This document shows positions 36,952 to 46,578 of a stretch of 53,631 nt of DNA, piece after piece. The translations under genes and the position numbers were made by a program. The notes beneath the pieces are model-generated. The model was not told the DNA's origin, searched no databases, and saw only the letters and a program-made list of their open reading frames with translations. Numbering within the stretch: position 1 is the stretch's first letter; each line of letters opens with the position of its first letter. Where the stretch lies: the NCBI GenBank assembly GCA_032718475.1, contig JAUCBJ010002158.1, forward strand, positions 1-53,631, in the 5' to 3' direction. Source of the stretch: Nemertoderma westbladi. Its lineage: Eukaryota; Animalia; Xenacoelomorpha.

Positions 36952-39900
36952 CTAAGTAACACCTGTATTTACATTAGCGTAGGTACTACCCACATCTGTA
37001 ATACATGAGGTTTCACCGTGCTTATGGTTGCTCAAGTGTGTCAAAATTGGTAGTTTGTCAATACAAGGCCGCTCCAATAGGGAAACTGCGGCTTCACTAT
37101 TTGTCAGTACGTTACTAGTGTCTAGTCGACTGTCTAGTAATGTGTCTGGCGATACGTCTGGTAACGTATCTGGTTGTTTGTCAATAGAAGGCCGCTCCAA
37201 TAGAGAAACTGCGGCTTTACTGTTTGTCAGTGTGTTACTAGCGTCTGGTAGAACATTTTGTGATATGTCTGGTAAAATGTCTGGTTGGCTGTCTAGTAAC
37301 GTGTCTGGTTGACCGTCTGGCGATATGTCTGGTGTAGAAAGGCTCGCAAGTCTTCCTCTCTTGACCTTTGAAGTTATATCTTTCCATTTCGCCTTCGGTT
37401 TTTTCTTAAGTTTTGCCGCCGTTGTCTTTTTCTTTACCTTCCCCTTTTTTGGTTTCTTGATTTCCGCGTCCTTAGGGATTGTGTTAGACTTGTTGTCGTA
37501 TAGTGGCGGCCAATGTAGTGTTGAACCTTGTAAGAATTGTGGTCCGTGTTGCCAAAATTCTTTGTTCTCCGGTTTACAGAATTCCTCAGGCATCATTCCT
37601 CGCGACGCAATATCAGCTGGGTTTTGTGGTCCGGGACAATGTCGCCAATCCTCTTTTATTGAACGATCTAGAATTTCTGCGCGACGGTTAGCTACGAATG
37701 TCTTGAATTCAAGTGTGTCGTTGTTTATGTAAAATAAAACCAACGTCGCGTCAGTCCAATAAAATATCTGTAAACTTGACTGTAGTTCTGTCTGTATGAG
37801 GTTCACGATGGTGGTTGACAGGGTTGCGGCTTGTAGCTCAGCTCGTGGTGTCGTCATATACTTAGTAGGCATTGTTTTTGCCTTAGAAGTAATGAGCGAA
37901 ACATCGAATGCTTCTGAGTCTACTTGTCTGCGCAAGTACGCTGCCACACCAAAACCGTTGTCACTGGCGTCAGAAAAACAGTGTAGTTCCAAGTTGTCAG
38001 GAAATGTACTTTGTAATGGAAAGTAAACTCTGGGTATGGAATAATCCTCTAGCGAAGATAATTCCGCCTCCCAGGTCTTCCATAAGTCCACTTGGTCTGA
38101 TGAGATCGGCTCATCCCATGTTAGTCCATCCTTCCAAATACTGCGCATATAAATGCGGGCTTGCAGTATTACTGGACTGATGAATCCTAACGGATCGAAC
38201 AATCGGCTCAATTTTGACAAGCATGATCTCTTTGTCAGTGTGTTCTCGTGACTGTCCAGTCTCACCTTCACTCGGAAGTTGTCCGTGTTTGGGTCCCAAA
38301 AGAGCCCCAACACCTTGGTCGTCGGTAGTGGTTCGAACTCTAGGTCTATGTCACCACCTCCACGCTCAGTCGTTCCGAATGAGTCTACTAATTCGGCACT
38401 GTTTGAGGCGAATTTGGTGAGGTTAAAACCTCCGCCCGCTAAGCAGTCCCGTAATTGATGTGCTACTGTTGTAGCACGTTCTACTGTGTCGCAACTCTGT
38501 AATCCGTCGTCGACGTAAAAGTCACGTTCCACAATCCTAATTATCTCTGGGTCATATAGGTGTTTCTGATCTCTAGCGGCTTGTTTTAGGGCGTACATTG
38601 TGCAATTTGGGCTGTCTCTGGCACCGAAAACGCGAACTTGCATTTGGTAAGTCGCTGGTGGTAGACTTAAGTCTCCTTCCGGATACCAGAGGAACCGCAA
38701 ACTGTGTCTGTCTCGCTCTAACGCTCTCACTTGATGAAACATCGCTTCAACGTCGCAAGTAAAAGCTACTTGACGCTGACGGAAGCGCATAATCACCCCC
38801 ATAAGATAATTATTCATGTTTGGTCCATCCATCAACTCGCTATTGAGGGACATTCCCTCAAACAGAGCCGCACAGTCGTTGACTACGCGTACTTTATCTG
38901 GTTTGTCGGGATGTCTCACATAGTGATGTGGCAGGTAGTATGTCTGGTTAGTCACTATCTCTGGGTTAGTCATTCGGATAGCGTATCCCTTAGTCAAATA
39001 CGTCTCCATCTGAGTGTTGTACTGCAGATGGGCTTTCTCGTCCTTTAATAGACGTTGCCGTATTGAGTGTAGACGTCTTAAAGCCAGTGGGTAGTTGTTT
39101 ATAAGTTTAGGACTTTGGCTACGCCATAACATCCCCACCTCATAATGTCCGTCTTTCGTCTGGCGGATAGTATCTTCCATGATCTTCAGAGATTGTTTCT
39201 CCTGTTCCGACATACAAGGTTCGTAGCTACCAGGTTCAGCTGTATCTTGTTCTAACCACCTGATAGTCTTCTCCGTTAATTCCTTGTCCAGTGCAGCTTG
39301 TTCCATTTGATGATTTCTCAACACGTCATCATCGATCTCGACGGGCATTGTTGATGTCGTTGGGGTAGGTAGACTCGCAAGCCTATCATCTGTCGTCGAT
39401 GGAATCTCTAGCTGACTCGTCTTCTCCCCAAGTTCTAAACTCACCTTGTGGATTAGCTGCTCCTTGTGACTTATCATACTAGTCACATGTCTGTCACGTT
39501 TTGTCGACTGTAGTGTAGTATGGTTCACGTCGTGTGAGAAGGAATGAATTGAATTTGTAGTTAATAAACTACATGTACTTTGTACATCGTCTTCCTCGTC
39601 ACTTACGTCTAGTGTGCGCACAGGCGCTCGAGTATACCACCCTATCGGCGTTCTACAGGCGTATGCGTTTCCCGCTACGACTGCCGATGGTCTGGTTTCC
39701 CACACCTGATGTAGGTTGAATTGGTCCGTCCCGATCAGCATTGCTACCGATCTATAATTGACAGGACATTCAGGTACACCAAGGTGTCTGAAATACTTAC
39801 GGTCCTCTAGAGATTGTTCCGGCACTGGACCTAGTAGGTTACTAAAGTCCTTCGTGGCCGCAAAGGTTAGATCTTTAAAGGGTAACAAAGATCTCTCCCT

Positions 39901-42900
39901 CTCGCTGTGTTGCGATTTTGGAAGAAGAGAGTCTAAGTCCAACTTAACTCGTGTCACTGGTATTGCACGCTGTCCGTGCATACTACTTACGGTATAACTG
40001 ACGCGCTTACCTTGTTTAAGATCCGTCACTATGTCAGCTATCTTTTCATCCACGTAGCTGTGAGATGAGGCTGAATCTAGAATCGCGTAGATTCTCTTGC
40101 TCCCCTTTGTGCCAGTAATCTTAATCAGAATTACACTGAATCCCTTCAGTTGGTCAGTAGTCAGAAGCGCGATCGATGGCTGTTCGTCTCCATTGGAATA
40201 TTCGTCGTCGTCTTCTAACTCTTCGTCCGACGATCCGGATTGTTCTGAGAAGCAATCCTCAATATGGGTCACGAAGGTTGGAGTCGTTTTCGATTCTCGT
40301 TTTCTGTAGGCCGCATCACATCTCGCTGCTGCTTCCGGGTGTTCCCTGGCGAAGCGTTTTGTCGGCGTGTGGCTGTCTGTGTGGAGCAGACCGTCGTGGT
40401 TGCGTCCACAGGATGGACAAGTGTCGGTATTTGGGCAATCCTTGCGAACGTGTCCGTGTCGCGTACACCGCCAACAAGAGTCCAATGGCCGTATTTGCAG
40501 CCGTCGTTCTTCCGAGTTCAACTCGCGAAACTGTCGACAACCCCTCAACTTGTGACCGATATACCGCTTGCCTAGATGCTCGCAGTATTGGCAGCCGCTG
40601 AAGTCGGTACTGAGTTGTTGTCTCGTCTGTTTTATCCCAATGGGCGCAGATACCCTACTACCGTCCGAGAATTGTCGTGATTCCGTTGGTGTGGCGTAAG
40701 TGGCCGTCTTGGTGGATGTTGTCTGGGGTTTTTGTCGGTGGGAGGATGGCAATGTGATTCCTTCTGCCACGATGTGCTGGTCAGTGTAGTTGGATCGAGT
40801 TTCTACTACTGCCTCCCTGGATATTAAAAGGTACACGTCCTCCAGTTTTAAGAATCCACCCCGCTCTTCTCGTTGGTATTCGATCTTTCTCCACTCCCGA
40901 CGAAGTCGATGGTGGAGTCGTCCTATGATCTTTAATAGGACTGTAGGGGTATTCCCATAGTCAAGTTGTCCAATGGATCTTAAAGTAGTGATAGCGTTCC
41001 TTATCTCGTCAGCCAGTTTTAATAAGTCGACGGGTTTAGTGATAGCCCCTCCCTTACAGAGTTCCTCTATTACTGACCTGGCCATACTGACTGTACCTCC
41101 ATATATCGAAGTTAAACGATCGTACGCTAGTTCGAAGGCGTCCGGTACACCAACGAAGGTCTCTGCCAAACGTTTAGGTTCTCCTGACAACGTTTGAAGC
41201 AGGTAATTAAACTTCTCCCGTGATGTAAAGGCGCACACGGCGATCTGGGATTCGATATAGTCTACGAAAGTGTGCCAGTGTTTCGAGCTACCGGAAAACT
41301 TCGGTGGTTGTTGTACCGGCAATCCTTGCCTGGCTGCGAATTTCGCTATCTCCTCGGCAACGTTCAGAGTTTCGCGTCCTTGGTTGGTACACTGGTTGAT
41401 ATTCTCCCTTCTTGGCGCTTTCCCCTGATACGATGTGTTTTTTGAAGGTACCGGTCTTTGTGGTTCCTTCGGGTGTCTATTGTGTTCGAACTCAGTGTTC
41501 CTCGAACTGTCGGTTTGAACTTCCTCCAGACGCTCCTCGATCTGAGCCAACTTGTTAACAACTGGTCGCAGGATGTCGGCGAACTGTTGTGTACTGATTG
41601 CGTCCGTTGGTTGTAACGCCTTCTGTGTTGGTGTATTCTGTGGACGATTGTCTGCTAAGGAGTTGTCTGAACGCTCGCGTTTATATTCATCGGCCGCCCC
41701 TGTTCTAAATACCTCGCGTTTCGGGTAATCCGATTCGCTCGAAGTACTACTATCATCTGGATATGGTGGTCGACGTGCTCGCGTTCGTTGCGTCGTACGA
41801 ATTCTAACGTTTCGTTTTGGAACATCGTCCACTGATCTCCTTTGTTCGGTAGGCTCACAAGTCTTCCTCGAAGTCGTAGATTGCGATGTAAACTGAACCG
41901 GTCGCGTATCCACTGTTCTCCGTTGTTCGGTAGGCTCACAAGTCTTCCTCGAAGTCGTAGATTGCGATGTAAACTGAACCGGTGGTCGGACGACAGCGCT
42001 TGAATCCAAAGGCCTTGTTGGCCTAAACGTCATTGGGTAAGCGTAGTGTGTAACAGGTTTTGGCGTCAAAGGTGGACTCACCTGTTTAGTCGTCAGTAGT
42101 GCAGGTCCGACTAATAAACTACTACGATCTGTAATCGGTGGGTTACTTACCTTGACTTTCGGAATAGGCGACGACGTTGCTCTTGGCGGTGTAAACTTGT
42201 CCGGAATAACAAACCTGTGTTCCGTCGCACCATGGATAGGAGAAATATTACTACTACCAGCAATCGAAACAGGTTCCTTAGTCGTAACCGGTGCAAACAT
42301 ATGAGTTACCTGAGGGAATCTTTGACATAAGTCTTTAACTAATTGTCTTTCTCGTCCAGGTGCCCCTACCGAACCTTCCTTCATTCGTTCCTGGATTTGG
42401 CGGTGCCTTACCTCTAACTGGTCTAGATCGTGTCCATCTCGAGATCTCATCGATCGATCGCGGGCTTGTAGATCCAGATCTTCCTTCGCGTTGGCTAATT
42501 CTCTCGCCTTCTTCCTGAGTTCGAAATGAAGTTTAACTTCCTTCTCGCGTTGTTCCGTCTGTTGTTGTTGCGCCTCGAGCTCCGCTTGTCTTATCGCTGA
42601 TTGAGCCTTTATTTGCCGTTTTTTCATTTCAGCTCTTGCTTCCGAAACTCGCTTGTGTTCTTCCAATTCCGCTGCTCGTCGTTCTAGTTCCGCTGCTGCT
42701 GCTCGTCGCTCCGACTCCGCTGCTTGTCGTTCTAACTCAGCTGCTGCCGCTTGTTGCGCTAACTCAGCTGTCGCTGTTCGCTGTGCTATTTCTAGCTCCA
42801 ACCTTTCCATCTCAGCCGCTTCCAACTCGGCTTGTTCTTGCAGATGAGAGATTCTTGCAACATTCGCAACGCGTAGTTTCTCTTCTTGCACGGCTGCTTG

Positions 42901-43785
42901 TGCCGTCAGCAGTTGAGCTTGTTCCTCCGCTTCCCGTTGTTGTCTGTCGTGCTGTTGTTGCTGTCTGGAAATTTCTGACGTCACTATACTTATCTCGCCA
43001 ATTTCGCTGCGAATACTCACTAACGATTGGTCCAGTATTCCCGGTGCCGATTCGATTCGTACGGGTGAAGTTTCCCTCGTATATTCCGGCACGGTTTCCG
43101 AATCGCCGACGTCTTCGCCGCACATACGTAAGTGGTCCGTCAGATGTTTCAATTGTCCATCCAGTCGGTACAGTTCCTGTTCTTCCTCGGGTTGTAATAA
43201 TTCGTCCGAAACTGACTCACCTAACAACTGGTCTGCTTGTTCCTGTTGTATCTGCCTAATCGTCGACTTAAACTGAATCAGTTTCTCTCTAGCGATCATT
43301 AGTTTCTCGAGGATTCTAAGTTGAGTATCCATGTCCTGTCTCTGTCTAGCTAGATCTTGTAGGCCAACTAGATTATCTACGGACTTATATACTTTACTCT
43401 GTACTCTAACCTGGAGGGTGTAGAACTCGAATCGAGACATCGGAGCGGTCAACTCGTCTAATATGCGTTGGCCTTCTCCAATACTCCTGGTAATATGCGC
43501 CATGTATCCACCGACGCTTCTAACCACGCTCTCCTGGCTTCCTGCTGAACTTACCATGTCCGTTTCCCTGTATCTAGGTTGCGGAACAGTTAGAAAGTCC
43601 TCGGTCCTGCCGTCGCCTCGTACTACGGCATCCGGTACTCCCGTTGGATGTACTGGTGACGCACACGGTGTAGGTTCGGTAGGCTCGCGAGTCTTCCCCT
43701 GTTGTTCTTCCGCTGCTGACTTATCTCCGTTGCATGAGTCATAGTCGGTAGGTGTATTCTTCGTATAGTCTTGTTTGTCACTCAT
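36952..43785 (-). CDS. gag-pol: BEL/Pao Gag-Pol polyprotein (coiled coil, DUF1759-like capsid, three Zn knuckles, aspartic protease, RT, RNase H)
   Basis: PKFSGSSKHWHTF/EKFNYL, CWRCTRHGHVRKDC, CPSCGRNH, ILDSAS, YYLPHH, FYVDD, HCFSDAS, PRAELQAA, NPADIASRG. 2277 aa. Confidence 0.97.
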   Translation of the reverse strand: MSDKQDYTKNTPTDYDSCNGDKSAAEEQQGKTREPTEPTPCASPVHPTGVPDAVVRGDGRTEDFLTVPQPRYRETDMVSSAGSQESVVRSVGGYMAHITRSIGEGQRILDELTAPMSRFEFYTLQVRVQSKVYKSVDNLVGLQDLARQRQDMDTQLRILEKLMIAREKLIQFKSTIRQIQQEQADQLLGESVSDELLQPEEEQELYRLDGQLKHLTDHLRMCGEDVGDSETVPEYTRETSPVRIESAPGILDQSLVSIRSEIGEISIVTSEISRQQQQHDRQQREAEEQAQLLTAQAAVQEEKLRVANVARISHLQEQAELEAAEMERLELEIAQRTATAELAQQAAAAELERQAAESERRAAAAELERRAAELEEHKRVSEARAEMKKRQIKAQSAIRQAELEAQQQQTEQREKEVKLHFELRKKARELANAKEDLDLQARDRSMRSRDGHDLDQLEVRHRQIQERMKEGSVGAPGRERQLVKDLCQRFPQVTHMFAPVTTKEPVSIAGSSNISPIHGATEHRFVIPDKFTPPRATSSPIPKVKVSNPPITDRSSLLVGPALLTTKQVSPPLTPKPVTHYAYPMTFRPTRPLDSSAVVRPPVQFTSQSTTSRKTCEPTEQRRTVDTRPVQFTSQSTTSRKTCEPTEQRRSVDDVPKRNVRIRTTQRTRARRPPYPDDSSTSSESDYPKREVFRTGAADEYKRERSDNSLADNRPQNTPTQKALQPTDAISTQQFADILRPVVNKLAQIEERLEEVQTDSSRNTEFEHNRHPKEPQRPVPSKNTSYQGKAPRRENINQCTNQGRETLNVAEEIAKFAARQGLPVQQPPKFSGSSKHWHTFVDYIESQIAVCAFTSREKFNYLLQTLSGEPKRLAETFVGVPDAFELAYDRLTSIYGGTVSMARSVIEELCKGGAITKPVDLLKLADEIRNAITTLRSIGQLDYGNTPTVLLKIIGRLHHRLRREWRKIEYQREERGGFLKLEDVYLLISREAVVETRSNYTDQHIVAEGITLPSSHRQKPQTTSTKTATYATPTESRQFSDGSRVSAPIGIKQTRQQLSTDFSGCQYCEHLGKRYIGHKLRGCRQFRELNSEERRLQIRPLDSCWRCTRHGHVRKDCPNTDTCPSCGRNHDGLLHTDSHTPTKRFAREHPEAAARCDAAYRKRESKTTPTFVTHIEDCFSEQSGSSDEELEDDDEYSNGDEQPSIALLTTDQLKGFSVILIKITGTKGSKRIYAILDSASSHSYVDEKIADIVTDLKQGKRVSYTVSSMHGQRAIPVTRVKLDLDSLLPKSQHSERERSLLPFKDLTFAATKDFSNLLGPVPEQSLEDRKYFRHLGVPECPVNYRSVAMLIGTDQFNLHQVWETRPSAVVAGNAYACRTPIGWYTRAPVRTLDVSDEEDDVQSTCSLLTTNSIHSFSHDVNHTTLQSTKRDRHVTSMISHKEQLIHKVSLELGEKTSQLEIPSTTDDRLASLPTPTTSTMPVEIDDDVLRNHQMEQAALDKELTEKTIRWLEQDTAEPGSYEPCMSEQEKQSLKIMEDTIRQTKDGHYEVGMLWRSQSPKLINNYPLALRRLHSIRQRLLKDEKAHLQYNTQMETYLTKGYAIRMTNPEIVTNQTYYLPHHYVRHPDKPDKVRVVNDCAALFEGMSLNSELMDGPNMNNYLMGVIMRFRQRQVAFTCDVEAMFHQVRALERDRHSLRFLWYPEGDLSLPPATYQMQVRVFGARDSPNCTMYALKQAARDQKHLYDPEIIRIVERDFYVDDGLQSCDTVERATTVAHQLRDCLAGGGFNLTKFASNSAELVDSFGTTERGGGDIDLEFEPLPTTKVLGLFWDPNTDNFRVKVRLDSHENTLTKRSCLSKLSRLFDPLGFISPVILQARIYMRSIWKDGLTWDEPISSDQVDLWKTWEAELSSLEDYSIPRVYFPLQSTFPDNLELHCFSDASDNGFGVAAYLRRQVDSEAFDVSLITSKAKTMPTKYMTTPRAELQAATLSTTIVNLIQTELQSSLQIFYWTDATLVLFYINNDTLEFKTFVANRRAEILDRSIKEDWRHCPGPQNPADIASRGMMPEEFCKPENKEFWQHGPQFLQGSTLHWPPLYDNKSNTIPKDAEIKKPKKGKVKKKTTAAKLKKKPKAKWKDITSKVKRGRLASLSTPDISPDGQPDTLLDSQPDILPDISQNVLPDASNTLTNSKAAVSLLERPSIDKQPDTLPDVSPDTLLDSRLDTSNVLTNSEAAVSLLERPCIDKLPILTHLSNHKHGETSCITDVGSTYANVNTGVT

Positions 43786-44583
43786 TTCGGTAGTTGTAAG
43801 TCAAGTAAAGTGAGTGTCAAAGTATCAAACTTACCGTATTTGTATAAAACGGTACTAATTACAGTCATATAAAATTAGCCTACCGGCCGATTTTATAGCA
43901 GATGGATAAAATTAGCCTAAACGGCCAATTTTACAGCAAATAAATGTCACGGTATAAGTATATAATAAAATTAGCCTAGCGGCCAATTTTATAACAAATA
44001 AATCGGATAACGATATGCGTTATCAAAAGGTAAATTAAATACAATAATACGGACTAATTCAGCAATGAACAAAGAAATCATACGGAATGCATAAATACTT
44101 GAGACAGTGGAACCCACAATAATTTTAACTAATACGGTAATGCCTAACTTATTTATGCAACTTTTCGAACTCACCCACTCCAATAATTCTCCAGAAAAAC
44201 AGATTCCCAGATACAAACCGGACGTGAACCTTTCCGTTTTTAACGTTGCGGACGAAACGCGATTTTCCCAACCAAAGTTGTTGAGTTATCTATCTCCCAA
44301 ACTTGCTAAACACGGTCTTGCTCCCGTTACAGTCTAGAAATGAGTTCTGAATCCTGAAAAACAAAAGAGTTAGGTTTTACTTTACGAAAATTTTTTGTAC
44401 CGGTACAATATGGTATTTAAACCCTTTTAAACACCGGTATTCAATTCCAAAAATATTTTACACGCGGTTCAAATCAAATTTTATTTCAAAAAATTAGCAC
44501 TTAGCTAATCAAATACAAATTTTTACCTCAAAATACAAAATTTTCAAATATCTTTAGTCCTACCGAACCGTAGTTCAGTAAAA

Positions 44584-44594
44584 CACATTCCTAC
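44584..44594 (-). promoter_or_regulatory. Non-tRNA primer-binding site GTAGGAATGTG (putative self-priming)
   Basis: Directly follows the 5' LTR, lacks TGG, and is exactly complementary to CACATTCCTAC in the LTR (45629-45639 and 30717-30727, minus strand). Confidence 0.75.
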
Positions 44595-46494
44595 TATTCG
44601 AAGAGACAGCAACAATACCTGCAATATCTTACTGTAAAGTTTGTAAATCAAATCATAAATCCGACCTTCTCACCAAAACAGTAAACTCTAAGTAAGCGAA
44701 TATATTGCAGTATCGATCTCTTATAACCGGTGAGGCAGAAAACAGTCTACGAGCAGACAAACTTCGATGAAACAAAATCCCGCGCAGCGAATCCTAAAAT
44801 CAGGCTGACTCACTGACGGACTAAGGGGCTCGTACACTTTGCCGCGGTGTGATTTATATGGTTTGGGCGAAGAGACGCTAGCTAGGTACACAGGCAGAGA
44901 TTTGGAGATGTCTAACTAGCGGGCAAAGCACAGTACGGACAAAAGTTAATTTTATATATTTTGAGGTGTAAATAATTTCTAACGCGCGTGTGTTAATTCT
45001 GAACGGTCAAAAACAGTTTTGCTCCTTCACATATATAATTACTGGGTACGGTGTGCATTTTACGAATATTCTAATTTTGTAACTTGTAGGTCCAATACTC
45101 ACGAATGATAAGGTTCCTTCCCCTCTTGCGTATTTCCAGGACTCAAATTCAGGCATAAAGTTAATGCTACGCCCAGAATTCGGCAATTTTAATTTACCAG
45201 GTCCCTGATACTAAGAAGAGATGTGTTAGTTTACTACTGTAGGCGTACAGTTACTAATAGCTATCCTGGCTCCTATCTAGAATTTTAGTCACCCAGGTAG
45301 TCCGGGTAACTTCCTATTAGGGCGTTGGCGGGGACACGGTAGATGTTAGTATCCCTAATAGCCTCAATTTATTTGCGCCTAGCTGTAAACTGCCCTACCG
45401 CCTGAACGGTACAATCCCAATTCAGGTGAAAACACAGCAACCCCCCTAGCCTACAAGTTCTAATGCAATGGACACTGTCGTACTACAAATAGTCGCACAC
45501 ACACCTGCACTTAGCAAGAGTTAGGCGTACAGTTTGCTGCACCCTACCAATTTGTATGCTTCGTACCGGTGTGCCTACGTCCTATCTGCGTACTAGTATC
45601 TGCCTGCGCTCTCTCTCCCCCCGTGCCCGTAGGAATGTGAAGGTCTACTGTGGGTTTTCCTGAATCGAGACAGTACAGTCCCTAAGATGTAATTTTAGGC
45701 TCACAGCGTGTCACTACTTCTACCTTTTGATCTTTTGGTCTTATACTTAGGTAGCAAGGCGTCGAACGCTGTCTAACCTTTCAGGCGATGGGCGAATAAC
45801 TCAAGATGGTATTGCGGGTTGTCTCTTGCCTACATTCCCGTGATGTTCCCGTTCATTGCTGCGGCCCGATCTCTAGCTGGCCATCCTGTCCCTTAGCTGG
45901 GTTCACCGTAGTGAATCATGGTAAAAGAAAAGCAGATAGCGGTATTTCTGAATTTATTGCAGATAATAATACAAAATGTAATCTGAATACTAATGACAGA
46001 ATAAACAAATATCAGATAACTCAGAGAGATAGATTATGGTATATAACTAATGAACAAATCGCACCTTTATATAGCAAATTTGTGCTGCAATCAATCGAGA
46101 AAATTCTCGATTGTTCTATAGGTTCTAACAAGGTTTTAAAGATAGCTATTGGTCCAGCTAATGTATAACTTGCACGACATTGGATACAATCTAATAACTG
46201 CAGTCTCATTGGTTAATCTAGGTACAAACGAATGCAATTTAATTTGTAGCGGTCAATTTAAATGAGTTGAAATTCTGCACAAAAAATAATTCGCACTTAC
46301 TAGGATTCGAACTCAATACCTACTACATATATAATTTCCAACGCTCTACCGACTGAGCTACTGAACCACTTGACCAATAGGCGTTCAAATGATAGAACAA
46401 ATACGAATGAGAACTCAAAGCAATCTTTACAAAGTTAATTCGAATAAAAATAAAATTTTGAAAATCCACGGCATTTAGGGAATATAATTCTATA
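44595..46494 (-). repeat. 5' LTR of family 1 (1900 bp)
   Basis: Direct repeat of 29689-31582. Reads TAT...ATA on the element strand. Confidence 0.95.
46293..46367 (-). ncRNA. tRNA-derived Pol III cassette, 5' LTR copy
   Basis: Same sequence as 31381-31455. Confidence 0.65.
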
Positions 46495-46578
46495 GGGCCT
46501 GAAATGAAAAATCATTGTTATCAGGACTTCTACGCGTAGCACCTACGCGTAGCTACGCGTAGCACCTACGCGTAGTTG

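Larger units (their letters stand above)
29689..46494 (-). mobile_element. Full-length BEL/Pao (Belpaoviridae) LTR retrotransposon, family 1, 16.8 kb, recently inserted
   Basis: Near-identical LTRs and TSD GGGCC (29684-29688, 46495-46499). Paralogous empty site CTACCGGACCTGAAATG at about 27267-27283. Domain order Gag-PR-RT-RH-IN with Pao-specific motifs. Confidence 0.97.

Noticed and set aside
31878-37363. Histone 3' stem-loop resemblance (AAAGGCTC)
   Set aside because: Only the 5' half matches, the TTTTC loop and AGAGCC arm are missing, and it lies antisense to the element.
37028-44337. Many short plus-strand ORFs over gag-pol and its leader
   Set aside because: Mostly shadow ORFs antisense to a long coding frame, with no independent evidence.
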